Shown: positions 17,704 through 27,453, counted from the first letter of the stretch. The stretch: 64,000 bases of DNA from Gemmatimonas sp. (GCA_965279375.1 OZ257156.1:1632001-1696000), one strand, 5' to 3'. Translations and numbers: made by a program. The notes: generated from the letters alone by a model not told the origin.

Positions 17704-18396
17704 CTACGTCGTGGGAGTGAGGACGCCAACGAGCGCGCCCACGTCCATCATACGGGTTACGGTCGTCACGGCGCCCGCGTTCCGCAGCCGCTCCGCCGAC
17801 ACCATCTCGGCAAAGCCGATCACCGTCATGCCTGCATCGGTGGCGCCCTTCACACCCAGCGGGCTGTCTTCCACCACGATGGTGCGTGCCGGCGCAAACC
17901 CCATCTGTTCGGCGGCGTGGAGAAACAGATCCGGCGCCGGCTTGGGCCGTGCGACATCCATCGCCGAGAAACGCTTTCCTTCGAACCGTGCGAGTAGCCC
18001 GGTCTTGCCGAGCGTTGCACGCATCTTCTCGTGCTCACCGTTGGATGCCACGGCGTAGCGCACACCGGCGGAGTCCAACGCGTCGAGCAGCGTGGTGATA
18101 CCGGTAACCGCCACGAGATCGCGCTCGAGTTCGAGCAACGACTCCGCGTGAAAGCGCTCCAGCAAGTTGTCCGGCGGTGCGTGACCCAGCATCTCGGTCG
18201 TGATGGCCATGCACGTCGCCATCGAGTTGCCCATGAAGATGCCGAGCGATTGCTCGGTGGTCATCGGCAACCCGATCTCGGTGAGCAGGCGCGCCCACAC
18301 GCCGTTGGAGATGCGCTCGCTGTCCACCAGCACGCCGTCGCAATCGAAGATCACGCCGTCAAGTGCCGGCAAGAGCGGCGCCGTGATCGGACTCAT
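17704..18396 (-). CDS. HAD-IA family hydrolase
   Basis: FDCDGVLVDSE, VASN, KPAPDLF, VEDSPLG. Confidence 0.93.
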   Translation of the reverse strand: MSPITAPLLPALDGVIFDCDGVLVDSERISNGVWARLLTEIGLPMTTEQSLGIFMGNSMATCMAITTEMLGHAPPDNLLERFHAESLLELERDLVAVTGITTLLDALDSAGVRYAVASNGEHEKMRATLGKTGLLARFEGKRFSAMDVARPKPAPDLFLHAAEQMGFAPARTIVVEDSPLGVKGATDAGMTVIGFAEMVSAERLRNAGAVTTVTRMMDVGALVGVLTPTT

Positions 18397-18401
18397 GCCG
18401 C

Positions 18402-19820
18402 TCAGAGCGCAGCCTCGCTGCCGAACGTCGGTGCCGCGAGGCTGGCGTGTGCCTGTTCGAGCTGTCGTGCGACGGCGTTCGGACCCGTGCCACCATCGAT
18501 GTTGCGCGCTTCGAGTGAGGCGCGCGCGCCCAGCGCAGTGATTGCGTCGTCGCCAAAGAGCGGATGCGCCGCTTTGATGCGCTCCAGCGGCGACTGGTCC
18601 AGCTCAATGCCTTCTTCCTCCGCCTGACGCACCAGTGAACCCACGGCGCCGTGCGCTTCGCGGAACGTCGCGCCGCGACGCACCAGATAGTCGGCGAGGT
18701 CGGTGGCCATCATCGCGCTGGATACGGCCCCGCGCATGCGCTCCGTGTTGAAACGCAGCTCGGCGATGGCACCTGCGACTGCAGGCAGCACGAGTAGCAG
18801 CGTGTCTACGGCATTGAACATCGCGCGCTTGTCGTCCTGCAGGTCCTTGCTGTAGCCGCTGGGCAGCCCCTTGATCGTGCCCATGAGCGAGACGAGATCG
18901 CCCAGCACGCGGGCACCACCGCCGCGCGCGAGTTCGAAGACGTCCGGATTGCGCTTCTGCGGCATCATGCTCGAGCCGGTGGAGAAGCCGTCGCCGAACT
19001 TCACGAAGCCGAACTCACTGGTGCCGTACACGATCATGTCTTCGGCGATGCGCGAGCAGTGCGCGGCGATCATCGCGCAGACGAACAGCGTCTCCGCTAC
19101 GAAATCACGATCGCCCGTGGCATCGATGCTGTTCTGCGAGATCTCTGCAAAGCCAAGCTCGCGCTGCAGCAGCTGGCGCGAGACAGGGAACGCCGAGCCG
19201 GCGATGGCACCTGAACCCAACGGCATGGTGGCCGTGCCGCGATGGGCCGCGGCGAGACGGGTGCGATCGCGATGGAGCGGCCAGAAGTGCGACAGCAGCC
19301 AGTGCGTTCCGCTCACGGGCTGCGCGCGCTGCATGTGCGTGTACGCGGGGAGCATCGCGTCGGTGAGCGTCTCGGCCTGCGCCAGCAGGGCGCCCTGCAG
19401 GTCACGCACGGCCGCATCGAGGCGCGCATGCGCATCCATCGTCCACAGGCGGGATGCGGTGGCTACCTGATCGTTGCGGGAGCGGCCTGTATGCAGCTTG
19501 GACGCGACCGTGCCGGCCTCTTCGTGGAGCAGCCGGTCGATCATGGTGTGAATGTCTTCGTCTGTGGCCACGGGCTGCGCGCCGGCGGCGATGCGCGCGC
19601 CAACCCGATCGAGCCCATCGCGGAGCGCCGTCGCTTCTTCGGTGGTGAGCACGCCACCTTCGCCCAGCGCGAGCGCCCACGCGCGCGAGAGCCGCACGTC
19701 GAAGGGCCAGAGGCGGAAGTCGGTGCCGATGGAGCGATTCAGCGCATCGAGCAGTGGCGACGGGCCGCCCGCGAAGCGACCGCCCCAGAGCTTGTGCGTG
19801 CCGGCGGATTCCGCGCTCAT
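18402..19820 (-). CDS. argH: Argininosuccinate lyase
   Basis: KLWGGRF, HTGRSRNDQVAT, YTHMQRAQP, GSSMMPQKRNPD, GYSKDLQDDK. Confidence 0.97.
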   Translation of the reverse strand: MSAESAGTHKLWGGRFAGGPSPLLDALNRSIGTDFRLWPFDVRLSRAWALALGEGGVLTTEEATALRDGLDRVGARIAAGAQPVATDEDIHTMIDRLLHEEAGTVASKLHTGRSRNDQVATASRLWTMDAHARLDAAVRDLQGALLAQAETLTDAMLPAYTHMQRAQPVSGTHWLLSHFWPLHRDRTRLAAAHRGTATMPLGSGAIAGSAFPVSRQLLQRELGFAEISQNSIDATGDRDFVAETLFVCAMIAAHCSRIAEDMIVYGTSEFGFVKFGDGFSTGSSMMPQKRNPDVFELARGGGARVLGDLVSLMGTIKGLPSGYSKDLQDDKRAMFNAVDTLLLVLPAVAGAIAELRFNTERMRGAVSSAMMATDLADYLVRRGATFREAHGAVGSLVRQAEEEGIELDQSPLERIKAAHPLFGDDAITALGARASLEARNIDGGTGPNAVARQLEQAHASLAAPTFGSEAAL

Positions 19821-19939
19821 GACAGCACCACAACGGCAGCGGAGGCGACGATATCCGTCGCGAAGATCAGGCGGAGCGCAGAGATCTGAAGCATGTCGAG
19901 AGCGAGGGAGACGCGTGCCGGAGAGTGCCCGCACTGTGA

Positions 19940-19974
19940 CAGATAACTATGCAGCGCGATTGCATAATGGCGCG
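19940..19974. promoter_or_regulatory. Tandem ARG boxes upstream of argH
   Basis: cagataacTATGCA-N7-TGCATAatggcgcg; same core spacing as the argC site. Confidence 0.65.
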
Positions 19975-20041
19975 CGACGCAGAGTGTCGAGGCAGGCGAA
20001 ATCACGCCGAGCCGAATGGGAAAAGCAAGCGCGTGCGGTGG

Positions 20042-20509
20042 CTACTGATGGCCGCGCAGATACTCCTTGAGGCGGCGCACGACACGCTCGCGGCCGGGCA
20101 CGGAACGACAGATGATCAGCACGGTGTTGTCGCCAGCGATGGTGCCGGCGATATCGGGCCAGCCGGCGTGGTCCAGCGCTTCCGCCACCGGCTGTGCGCC
20201 CGACGCCACGGTGCGCGCCACGACCATCACCTGCACCGCTTCCACGCTCAGCAGAAACTGCGGCAGCATCGCCTCGAACCGACGCGCCTCGGCGTCGCTC
20301 GCGCCATTCTCGGGAAAGGCGTACCGCACACGCCCTTGCTCGTCAGGGATGCGCGCCAGGCGCAGCTCGCGCAGATCGCGCGAGAGCGTCGATTGCGTTA
20401 CGTCCCAACCACGTCGTGTCAGCTGTCGTCGGAGCTCTTCCTGGCTCGCGACCATCTTGGCGGTCACGATCTCCCGGATTGCGTTGTGTCGATCGGTTTT
20501 GTCGGCCAC
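20042..20509 (-). CDS. argR: Arginine repressor
   Basis: SQEEL, VTQSTLSRDLREL, GTIAGDNT; GTG start preceded by AAGGA. Confidence 0.95.
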   Translation of the reverse strand: MADKTDRHNAIREIVTAKMVASQEELRRQLTRRGWDVTQSTLSRDLRELRLARIPDEQGRVRYAFPENGASDAEARRFEAMLPQFLLSVEAVQVMVVARTVASGAQPVAEALDHAGWPDIAGTIAGDNTVLIICRSVPGRERVVRRLKEYLRGHQ

Positions 20510-20618
20510 GTGAGTTCCTTCCAGTCGTTCAGTCGAGAGCTGCAATCCGGTCGTTCTGCACCGTACTGCATGGGCCGTCCGCGCAGAGCCAGCAGGAGAT
20601 CGCGTCCGAGCGAATCCG

Positions 20619-20668
20619 TTGACAGAGCCCGGATGGGAAATTATGCATTCTGAGTGAATAGTATTCCT
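20619..20668 (+). promoter_or_regulatory. argC promoter with tandem ARG boxes overlapping the start codon
   Basis: TTGACA at 20619; tgggaaatTATGCA-N7-TGAATAgtattcct. Confidence 0.68.
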
Positions 20669-21655
20669 GTCGGGGTCCTCGGCGCTAGCGGGTATTCAGG
20701 ACGCGAACTCTGCGCCCTCATCGCCGGCCACCCTCAGCTCTCGTTGGCGTTCGCCACGGCGAACGCGCAGAAAGGCACCACGCTACGCGTGCGTGCCGGT
20801 GGGCGCGTGCATCCGATATCCCTCGTCGGTACCGACGAGATCGATCTCACCAGCGCGAAGCTCGTCTTTGCGGCGCTGCCGCATGGCGCGTCGGCGGAGT
20901 GGGTGGCCAAGGTCATCGCGGCCGGTGTGCGTGTGGTCGATCTCTCGAGCGACCTGCGCCCCGGGCACGGTGGGGTGCTGCATGGTTTGCCGGAAGGCGT
21001 GCCGTATGATGCCCCGTATGGTCTCACCGAGTGGCACCGCGACTCCATTCGCGGCGCGTCGGTGGTGGCCAATCCCGGCTGCTACGCCACCAGCATCCTC
21101 ATGGCGCTCGCGCCGCTGGCCCAAGCTGGACTGATCGCGCCGGGCGCGACGATCAACATCTCATCGGCCAGCGGTGTCAGTGGCGCCGGTGCCAGCCCCA
21201 AGCTCGAGCTGCTCTACGCCGAGGTGACGGAGAACTTTCGCGCGTACAGCGTGGGGAATGCGCACCGCCATCTGTTCGAGATGCGTGCGTCCTTGCAGCA
21301 GTTGGGCGCCGACTGTGACTTGTTGTTCACGCCGCACCTGCTTCCCGTCGATCGTGGCATTCTCTCCACGATCTCGGTCCCGCTCGCGCGTCCCGTCGAC
21401 GACGCGATGGCACCGTTCCGTGACGCGTATGCCAACGAGCCGTTCGTCGAGCTCACCAGCGACTTGCCGGCGCTGACGGATGTGGCGCATCGCAACGTCG
21501 TCCGGCTGAACGCGCGAATTCCTCAGGGCGTGCGCACGCCGACGATGCTGATCTTCAGCGCGCTCGACAATCTCGTGAAAGGCGCCGCCGGTCAGGCGAT
21601 GCAGAACGCCAATCTCATGTTGGGTCTCGACGAAACGTCGGGACTCGCGCGCTGA
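20654..21655 (+). CDS. argC: N-acetyl-gamma-glutamyl-phosphate reductase
   Basis: GASGYSG, ALPHG, DLSSD, ANPGCY, SGVSGAG, DNLVKGAAGQA. Confidence 0.96.
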   Translation: MNSIPVGVLGASGYSGRELCALIAGHPQLSLAFATANAQKGTTLRVRAGGRVHPISLVGTDEIDLTSAKLVFAALPHGASAEWVAKVIAAGVRVVDLSSDLRPGHGGVLHGLPEGVPYDAPYGLTEWHRDSIRGASVVANPGCYATSILMALAPLAQAGLIAPGATINISSASGVSGAGASPKLELLYAEVTENFRAYSVGNAHRHLFEMRASLQQLGADCDLLFTPHLLPVDRGILSTISVPLARPVDDAMAPFRDAYANEPFVELTSDLPALTDVAHRNVVRLNARIPQGVRTPTMLIFSALDNLVKGAAGQAMQNANLMLGLDETSGLAR

Positions 21656-21715
21656 CCGTTCGCACGCTCCGTCGCCGCTCCACGCATCTCCAAAGCTTCT
21701 CCCTCGCAACTTCTT

Positions 21716-21759
21716 CGCGTTTCCATCGCGCTTCCATCGCGCTTCCATCGCGTCTCCAT
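21716..21759 (+). repeat. 11-bp tandem repeat x4 ending 5 nt before the argB ATG
   Basis: cgcgtttccat cgcgcttccat cgcgcttccat cgcgtctccat. Confidence 0.85.
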
Positions 21760-21764
21760 CGCCC

Positions 21765-22601
21765 ATGAACATCGCCGCTCTCGCCGCCACCATCGCGGCT
21801 AACACCGCCATCAACGCGTCGCTCGCCGCCGCGCGCCAGGCGGCTGTCGGTCCGTTGGTGGTGAAGCTGGGCGGCCGGACGCAATCCGATTCGGCGCTGC
21901 CGGCCGCGCTGGCTGCGCTCTGGACCGCCACGGAAGGCAAGCTGGTGATCGTGCACGGCGGTGGTGATCAGATCAGCGCGCTGCAGCGACTGCACGGAGA
22001 AGAGCCGGTGTTCGTCGGTGGTCGTCGCGTGACGACCGACGGTGCGCTCGAACTCGTGCGCATGGTCCTCTCCGGTCTCGCCAACAAGCAACTCGTCTCC
22101 GCACTCACCGCGGCCGGTGCGCCTGCGGTCGGTATCTCCGGCGAAGATGGCGCCACGCTGCGCGCAGAGCCGATCGACGTGGCGACCTTCGGTCAGTCGG
22201 GGACGCCCACCGGTGTCGAGCCGCGTTTGGTGCAGACGCTGCTCGCCGCTGGCTACTTGCCGGTGATCTCGCCGGTGGCCACGCACGCCGATAGCGCGGT
22301 GGGCGGCGCGCTCAACGTGAACGGTGATGACGCCGCTGCGGCGATCGCCGCCGCACTCGATGCGTCTGAGCTGTTTCTGCTCGCCGACGTGCCTGGCGTG
22401 CTCGACGGCGACAAGCAGCGCGTGCCCACGCTCACGCTCGAGGAAACACGCGCGCTCGTTGCGTCCGGTGTCGCCGGCGGTGGCATGGCCGCCAAGCTCG
22501 ATGCCTGCGCGCAGGCGCTCGCTGGTGGTGTGGGACGTGTACGCATCGGCGATCTCGCCGCCCTCACCGTGCCGGATGCCGGCACATCGATCGTTCGATA
22601 G
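21765..22601 (+). CDS. argB: Acetylglutamate kinase
   Basis: VVKLGG, VHGGG, GRRVT, NVNGD, DVPGV, GGMAAK. Confidence 0.94.
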   Translation: MNIAALAATIAANTAINASLAAARQAAVGPLVVKLGGRTQSDSALPAALAALWTATEGKLVIVHGGGDQISALQRLHGEEPVFVGGRRVTTDGALELVRMVLSGLANKQLVSALTAAGAPAVGISGEDGATLRAEPIDVATFGQSGTPTGVEPRLVQTLLAAGYLPVISPVATHADSAVGGALNVNGDDAAAAIAAALDASELFLLADVPGVLDGDKQRVPTLTLEETRALVASGVAGGGMAAKLDACAQALAGGVGRVRIGDLAALTVPDAGTSIVR

Positions 22602-22686
22602 CACCACCGACCCGCTCGAGTTCTCGCTGGTGTTTTACCGCAGTTCTGTCGTTGTCCCGCAGTCGTCTCTTTCCGAGTAGCCAATC

Positions 22687-23919
22687 ATGACCGCTCCTTC
22701 GACCGCCACGCCCGTTGCATCGCCGGCTGCTTTCGTGCCGCCGGCCCCCGCTGCCGCGCCGACTCCGATTCTCGGCACGTACAAGCGACAGGCGCCGCTG
22801 TTCGTCCGAGGAGAGGGCGTCTACATGTACGACGCGGACGGCAAGCGCTATCTCGATCTGGTCGCCGGCATTGCCGTCACCTCACTCGGCCACGCCGACG
22901 CTGGTGTGAAGAAGGCGATTGAGGAGACGCTCGCTACGGGGCTCATCCACACGTCCAACCTGTATCGCACCGAGCCGGGCGAAGCGCTCGCCAGCTGGCT
23001 CGTGGCGCACTCGTTCGCGTCGAGCGTGTTCTTCTGCAACTCGGGTGCGGAAGCCAACGAAGGCGCGTTCAAGTTCGCCCGTCGTTGGGCAGGCACGACG
23101 GGGCATCCCGCCAAGCACGAAATCATCGCGCTGCGCGGTGCGTTCCATGGACGCATGCCCGGCACGCTGGCCGCGACCGATCGGCCGGCGTATCGACTGC
23201 CGTTTCGACCGCTGATGGGCGGCGTGCGCATTGTGGAGCGCGATCTCGAGGAGCTGCGCATCGTGCTCGATTCCGAGACGGCTGCGGCGGTGATCGTGGA
23301 GCCGATTCAGGGTGAAGGTGGCGTGCGTGTGGTGGACCCCGAGTTCCTGCGCGGTCTCCGGCAGCTCACGCGCGAACGCAACGTGCTGCTCATTCTGGAC
23401 GAGATTCAGTGCGGTCTTGGACGCACCGGTTCGTTCTTCGCCTACGAGCAGTTGGGCTTCGAGCCGGACATGCTGACGATGGCCAAGCCGCTCGCTGGCG
23501 GCCTGCCGATGGGCGCGATTCTGGTGAACGACACCGTAGCGGCCGCGATGCAGCCGGGCGATCACGGCACCACGTTCGGCGGTGGTCCGCTGCTCGCCAA
23601 CGTGGCGCATCATGTGGTGCAGCGTCTCTCCGAGCCCGCGCTCCTCAAGCACGTGCAGGAAACGGGCGCCTGGTTTGGTGAGCAACTGCAGGCCCTCTCC
23701 GATCGCACGGGACGCATTCGCGCCATCCGCGGCAAGGGACTGATGTGGGGCGTGGATGTGAGCGAGCCCGCTGGCGCGATCATCCAGCGCGCGTTCGCGA
23801 AGGGGCTGCTGCTCGTCAGCGCCGGCGATCACACGCTGCGCTTCCTGCCGCCGCTGGTCATCACCAAGGCCGAGCTAGCGGAAGGACTGCGGATTCTCGA
23901 AGAGGCGCTTGTCGGGTAG
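22687..23919 (+). CDS. argD: Acetylornithine aminotransferase
   Basis: NSGAEANE, FHGR, EPIQGEGG, DEIQCGLGRTG, AKPLAGG, HGTTFGG. Confidence 0.95.
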   Translation: MTAPSTATPVASPAAFVPPAPAAAPTPILGTYKRQAPLFVRGEGVYMYDADGKRYLDLVAGIAVTSLGHADAGVKKAIEETLATGLIHTSNLYRTEPGEALASWLVAHSFASSVFFCNSGAEANEGAFKFARRWAGTTGHPAKHEIIALRGAFHGRMPGTLAATDRPAYRLPFRPLMGGVRIVERDLEELRIVLDSETAAAVIVEPIQGEGGVRVVDPEFLRGLRQLTRERNVLLILDEIQCGLGRTGSFFAYEQLGFEPDMLTMAKPLAGGLPMGAILVNDTVAAAMQPGDHGTTFGGGPLLANVAHHVVQRLSEPALLKHVQETGAWFGEQLQALSDRTGRIRAIRGKGLMWGVDVSEPAGAIIQRAFAKGLLLVSAGDHTLRFLPPLVITKAELAEGLRILEEALVG

Positions 23920-23949
23920 CAACGCTCTGCCGTGATGCTCGATATCCGA

Positions 23950-24122
23950 GGTGGGGATAGCAGCAGATGAACTGCCCTGCCACGGATAGGAGCCGATAGA
24001 AACGGAAGAAGCTCACGGATACTACGAAAACAACAATTGTTGTTTGCAGTATCCGCGAGCTTTTTTCCGTGTGAATCCGTTGGTATCCGTGGCAGGGCCG
24101 TTCATCCGTTCGTATCCGCCCC
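23950..24122. repeat. Nested palindromic element, copy 2 (orphan, between argD and the PaiB-like gene)
   Basis: Arms GATGAACTGCCCTGCCACGGATA (23966-23988) / TATCCGTGGCAGGGCCGTTCATC (24084-24106); central AAACAACAATTGTTGTTT (24028-24045). Confidence 0.92.
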
Positions 24123-24137
24123 CATCCCCTGGCCGTC

Positions 24138-24788
24138 ATGTACATCCCCGGCTCCTTTCGCGAATCCGATCCCGCGGTGATGTGCGACTTCATCGCGGAC
24201 CATCCATTCGGCGCGCTGGTCACCGCGTCGCCGACGAGCGGGATCTTTGCCACGCATCTGCCCTTCCTGCTCCAGCGCGAGCGCGGCACGCACGGCGTGC
24301 TGCAGGGACACATCGCGCGTGCCAACCCGCATCACGATCTGCCGGACACGGCCGCCGAGGCGCTGGTGATCTTCACCGGTCCTGACGCCTACATCACGCC
24401 GACGTGGTACGCCAGCAAGCGCGAGCACGCCAAGGTGGTGCCCACCTGGAACTACGTCGCAATTCACGTCTACGGCACTCTGCGCTTCGTCGACGACCAC
24501 GCGTTTCTCATGCAGCACCTCGACGCGCTCACCGACTCGCATGAATCCACACAGCCGCATCCGTGGGCGATGCACGACGCGCCGAGCGATTTTCTCGAGC
24601 AACTCGCGCGCGCAACCATTGGCGTCGAGATCGAAATCACGCGACTCGAAGGCAAGTGGAAGATGAGTCAGAACCGTCCCGCTGCCGACGTCGATGGCGT
24701 GATCGACGGACTCGCCGCGTCGGACGACCCGCACGCGCACGCGGTTGGCGAACAGGTGCGCGCGAGAAAAATTTTCCGCGCTCACTAG
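24138..24788 (+). CDS. FMN-binding negative transcriptional regulator (PaiB family)
   Basis: MYIP..F, ATHLP, GHIARANP, GPDAYITPTWY, VPTWNY, KWKMSQNR. Confidence 0.92.
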   Translation: MYIPGSFRESDPAVMCDFIADHPFGALVTASPTSGIFATHLPFLLQRERGTHGVLQGHIARANPHHDLPDTAAEALVIFTGPDAYITPTWYASKREHAKVVPTWNYVAIHVYGTLRFVDDHAFLMQHLDALTDSHESTQPHPWAMHDAPSDFLEQLARATIGVEIEITRLEGKWKMSQNRPAADVDGVIDGLAASDDPHAHAVGEQVRARKIFRAH

Positions 24789-25065
24789 TGCGCGTCGGAG
24801 AATTGCGCAATATTTGCGTTGCCTTCACGTGCCTCCGTGAACGGTGCGGTTTTGCCACGCGACGTTTGCGTGTCGGCGGCCGCGAGAGCAACACGCTCCG
24901 CGTAGCTCGCTCACCGGCGGTGTAGCACCTGTCCTGACGCGTCGATCCGGCGGCGCGTACGAGGCCGGACAGGTGCCGCCGGTTGAGCTGCCCCCGCCAT
25001 CTCGTTGCAATGCGGTTGCACGCAGAGAGCAACCAGTGCCGTCCCAGCGCGCTAGTTTCCACCGC

Positions 25066-26703
25066 ATGCCGACCTACTCCGCTCCTCGTGCGGCGTCCGC
25101 ATATCTGCTGACGCTGCTCTCGCTCGCCTTGCCCGCCACGCTCGCCGCACAAGCGAAGGCGCAGGCGAATACCAAGCCCGCCGCACTGCCGCCAACGCTC
25201 GTCGTACAGATCACCGTCGATCAGCTGCGCCCAGACTACTTCGATCGCTTCGCACCGCAGCTCTCCGGCGGACTCGGACGGCTCATGCGTCAGGGCGCGC
25301 GCTTCACCAACGGCTTCCACGATCACGCCACGACCGAGACGGCGCCGGGTCATGCCACGCTCTGGTCTGGTCGCTATCCCGCGCACACCGGCGTCGTGCT
25401 CAACGAGATCGGCGTCGCCGATCCGCAGTCGCCGCTCCTGTTCGGTCGCGGCGGGGGCGCATCGCCGTATCGCTTCCGCGGCTCCGCGCTCTTCGACTGG
25501 GTTCGCACCGCCGATCAGTTCAGCCGCGCACTCTCCGTCTCGCGCAAGGATCGCGGCGCCATTCTCCCGCTCGGCCGCGCCAAGCAAAACGTCTACTGGT
25601 ACTCGCTCGACGGACGCTTCACCACGAGCAAGTACTACGGCGATACCATCCCCACTTGGGTGCAGAAGTACAACGCGACCAATCCCGTCGCACGCTACCT
25701 GGGCACCGAATGGACACCACTTCTCGCCGCCTCCGAGTATCCCGAGAAGGACTCGGTGCCGTACGAGAGTCAGGGGAAGGACTTCGTCTTCCCGCACAAG
25801 CTCGCGTCCGATGTGCGCACCGGTACCAGCGACTTCACGGAGTTTCCGTGGATGGATGACATCACCGTGGACTTCGCGCTCGCCGGCGTGAACGCGCTCG
25901 ACCTAGGCAAGGGTCCGTCGGTCGACGTGCTGGCCGTCTCGCTCTCCACCACGGACGCCGTCGGACATCGCTACGGCCCGGAGTCCAAGGAGCTGCACGA
26001 TCAGGTGCTGCGCGTCGATCGCGCACTCGGCCGCCTCATCGATTCGCTCTACAAGCTGCGGGACTCCACGCGCATCGTCTTCGCGCTGGGTGCGGACCAC
26101 GGCGTCGCGCCCTTTCCGGAGTCGCATTTTTCCGGCACCGATCCGGATCGCGGGCGCGTCGATCCGCGCCCCGTCATCGATTCGGCGCGCAGCCGTCTCG
26201 CCGCACGTGGCGTGGAAGGGGACGCGCTGCTGCTGCAGTCGGGGATCATCTCGCTCGATCGCGCTCGCCTCGCCGCCCGCGGCATCAAGGCCGACTCGGT
26301 GGTGGAAGCCGTGCGTACCGCGCTGCTGCGCGACAAGGGTGTCATGCGCGTCGATCGGGTCTCGCAGCTGGCCGCCGGCGCGGCCAAGGGCGACAAGTAT
26401 TCGCGCCGCTGGTTGCACTCCGTCCCGCCTGACCTCAAGGCCGTGCTGACAGTGACGCTCAAGCCGTACTTCTATTGGTACACGACGCGCTACGCCACAC
26501 ACGGCACGCCGCACGACTACGACGCGCACATCCCCATGCTCTTTATGGGCCCGATGTTCGTTCCGGGCACCTATCCCAAGCCGGTGCGTTCAGTGGACAT
26601 CGCCCCCACGCTCGCCGCCGCGATCGGAATCGAGCCCACGGAGACGGTGGATGGCCGAGTGCTGGTCGAGGCGATGCGCAAGCCGCAGTCCCGCAAGCCG
26701 TAA
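25066..26703 (+). CDS. Alkaline phosphatase / nucleotide pyrophosphatase superfamily protein (PafA-like)
   Basis: Signal peptide, VDQLR, TETAPGHAT, SRKDRGAI, DAVGH, ADHG, HGTPHDYD. Confidence 0.9.
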   Translation: MPTYSAPRAASAYLLTLLSLALPATLAAQAKAQANTKPAALPPTLVVQITVDQLRPDYFDRFAPQLSGGLGRLMRQGARFTNGFHDHATTETAPGHATLWSGRYPAHTGVVLNEIGVADPQSPLLFGRGGGASPYRFRGSALFDWVRTADQFSRALSVSRKDRGAILPLGRAKQNVYWYSLDGRFTTSKYYGDTIPTWVQKYNATNPVARYLGTEWTPLLAASEYPEKDSVPYESQGKDFVFPHKLASDVRTGTSDFTEFPWMDDITVDFALAGVNALDLGKGPSVDVLAVSLSTTDAVGHRYGPESKELHDQVLRVDRALGRLIDSLYKLRDSTRIVFALGADHGVAPFPESHFSGTDPDRGRVDPRPVIDSARSRLAARGVEGDALLLQSGIISLDRARLAARGIKADSVVEAVRTALLRDKGVMRVDRVSQLAAGAAKGDKYSRRWLHSVPPDLKAVLTVTLKPYFYWYTTRYATHGTPHDYDAHIPMLFMGPMFVPGTYPKPVRSVDIAPTLAAAIGIEPTETVDGRVLVEAMRKPQSRKP

Positions 26704-26723
26704 ACCATTGAGGGTCGCAGCGC

Positions 26724-27347
26724 ATGACTGACGAGGGCGACGATTCGGCAACACACGGACTGCATCGCGCCTTCGACGAAATGCGTTTCAGCAGCGCGCG
26801 CACGCTCAACCTGCGCGCGCTGCAACCCACCGCCTCACAGGCGGCGACGCTCGCCGAGCAGTGGCTGCGCGGCAAGCAGATGGAAGGCGCCAACGAAGCG
26901 CTGGTCATTACCGGACGCGGCAATCGCAGTGTGGACGGCTACTCGCCGGTGCGCGAAGCGATCGTGAAGCTGCTGCCGTCGTTGCGCCGTCGAAACGTGC
27001 TGGCCACGTACGCGGAGCACACGCCCGGTTCGTTCGTGGTGACGTTCGCGGCCGTGCGCGCCCTCTTCGAGGCGCCCAAGCGCCGGCGTGAGCCGATCAA
27101 GCCGATGCCGCCCGTCGCGCCGGCCGCCCTCGACGCCCTCGACGGCGAGACGTTGCTCATCATGCGCGAGCTCGCCGCCACCACGCTTGCCTCGCTCGGC
27201 ATTCATTCCCCCACGCGGGCGATGGTGGAAGACGAAATGTGCCGGCAATTCGCACAGCTGAGTGCTGGACTACCGGCCACCACCGATCGCGAAGCGACCT
27301 TGCAGCAAGCCGCATTGCGCGCGCTCGAGGAATTCGAAGCGAGCTAG
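26724..27347 (+). CDS. Smr (small MutS-related) domain protein
   Basis: LNLR, ALVITGRGNRS, PGSFVV. Confidence 0.7.
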   Translation: MTDEGDDSATHGLHRAFDEMRFSSARTLNLRALQPTASQAATLAEQWLRGKQMEGANEALVITGRGNRSVDGYSPVREAIVKLLPSLRRRNVLATYAEHTPGSFVVTFAAVRALFEAPKRRREPIKPMPPVAPAALDALDGETLLIMRELAATTLASLGIHSPTRAMVEDEMCRQFAQLSAGLPATTDREATLQQAALRALEEFEAS

Positions 27348-27453
27348 TCGCAGGGCACGCGGCAGCGCACCCTTGCCGTGCGCGTACCGAAACGGCACTG
27401 TCCGATGATCCGTGCCGCTGCTCCCCGCTCTCTGTTTCTCCGAGGCTGCCTTG

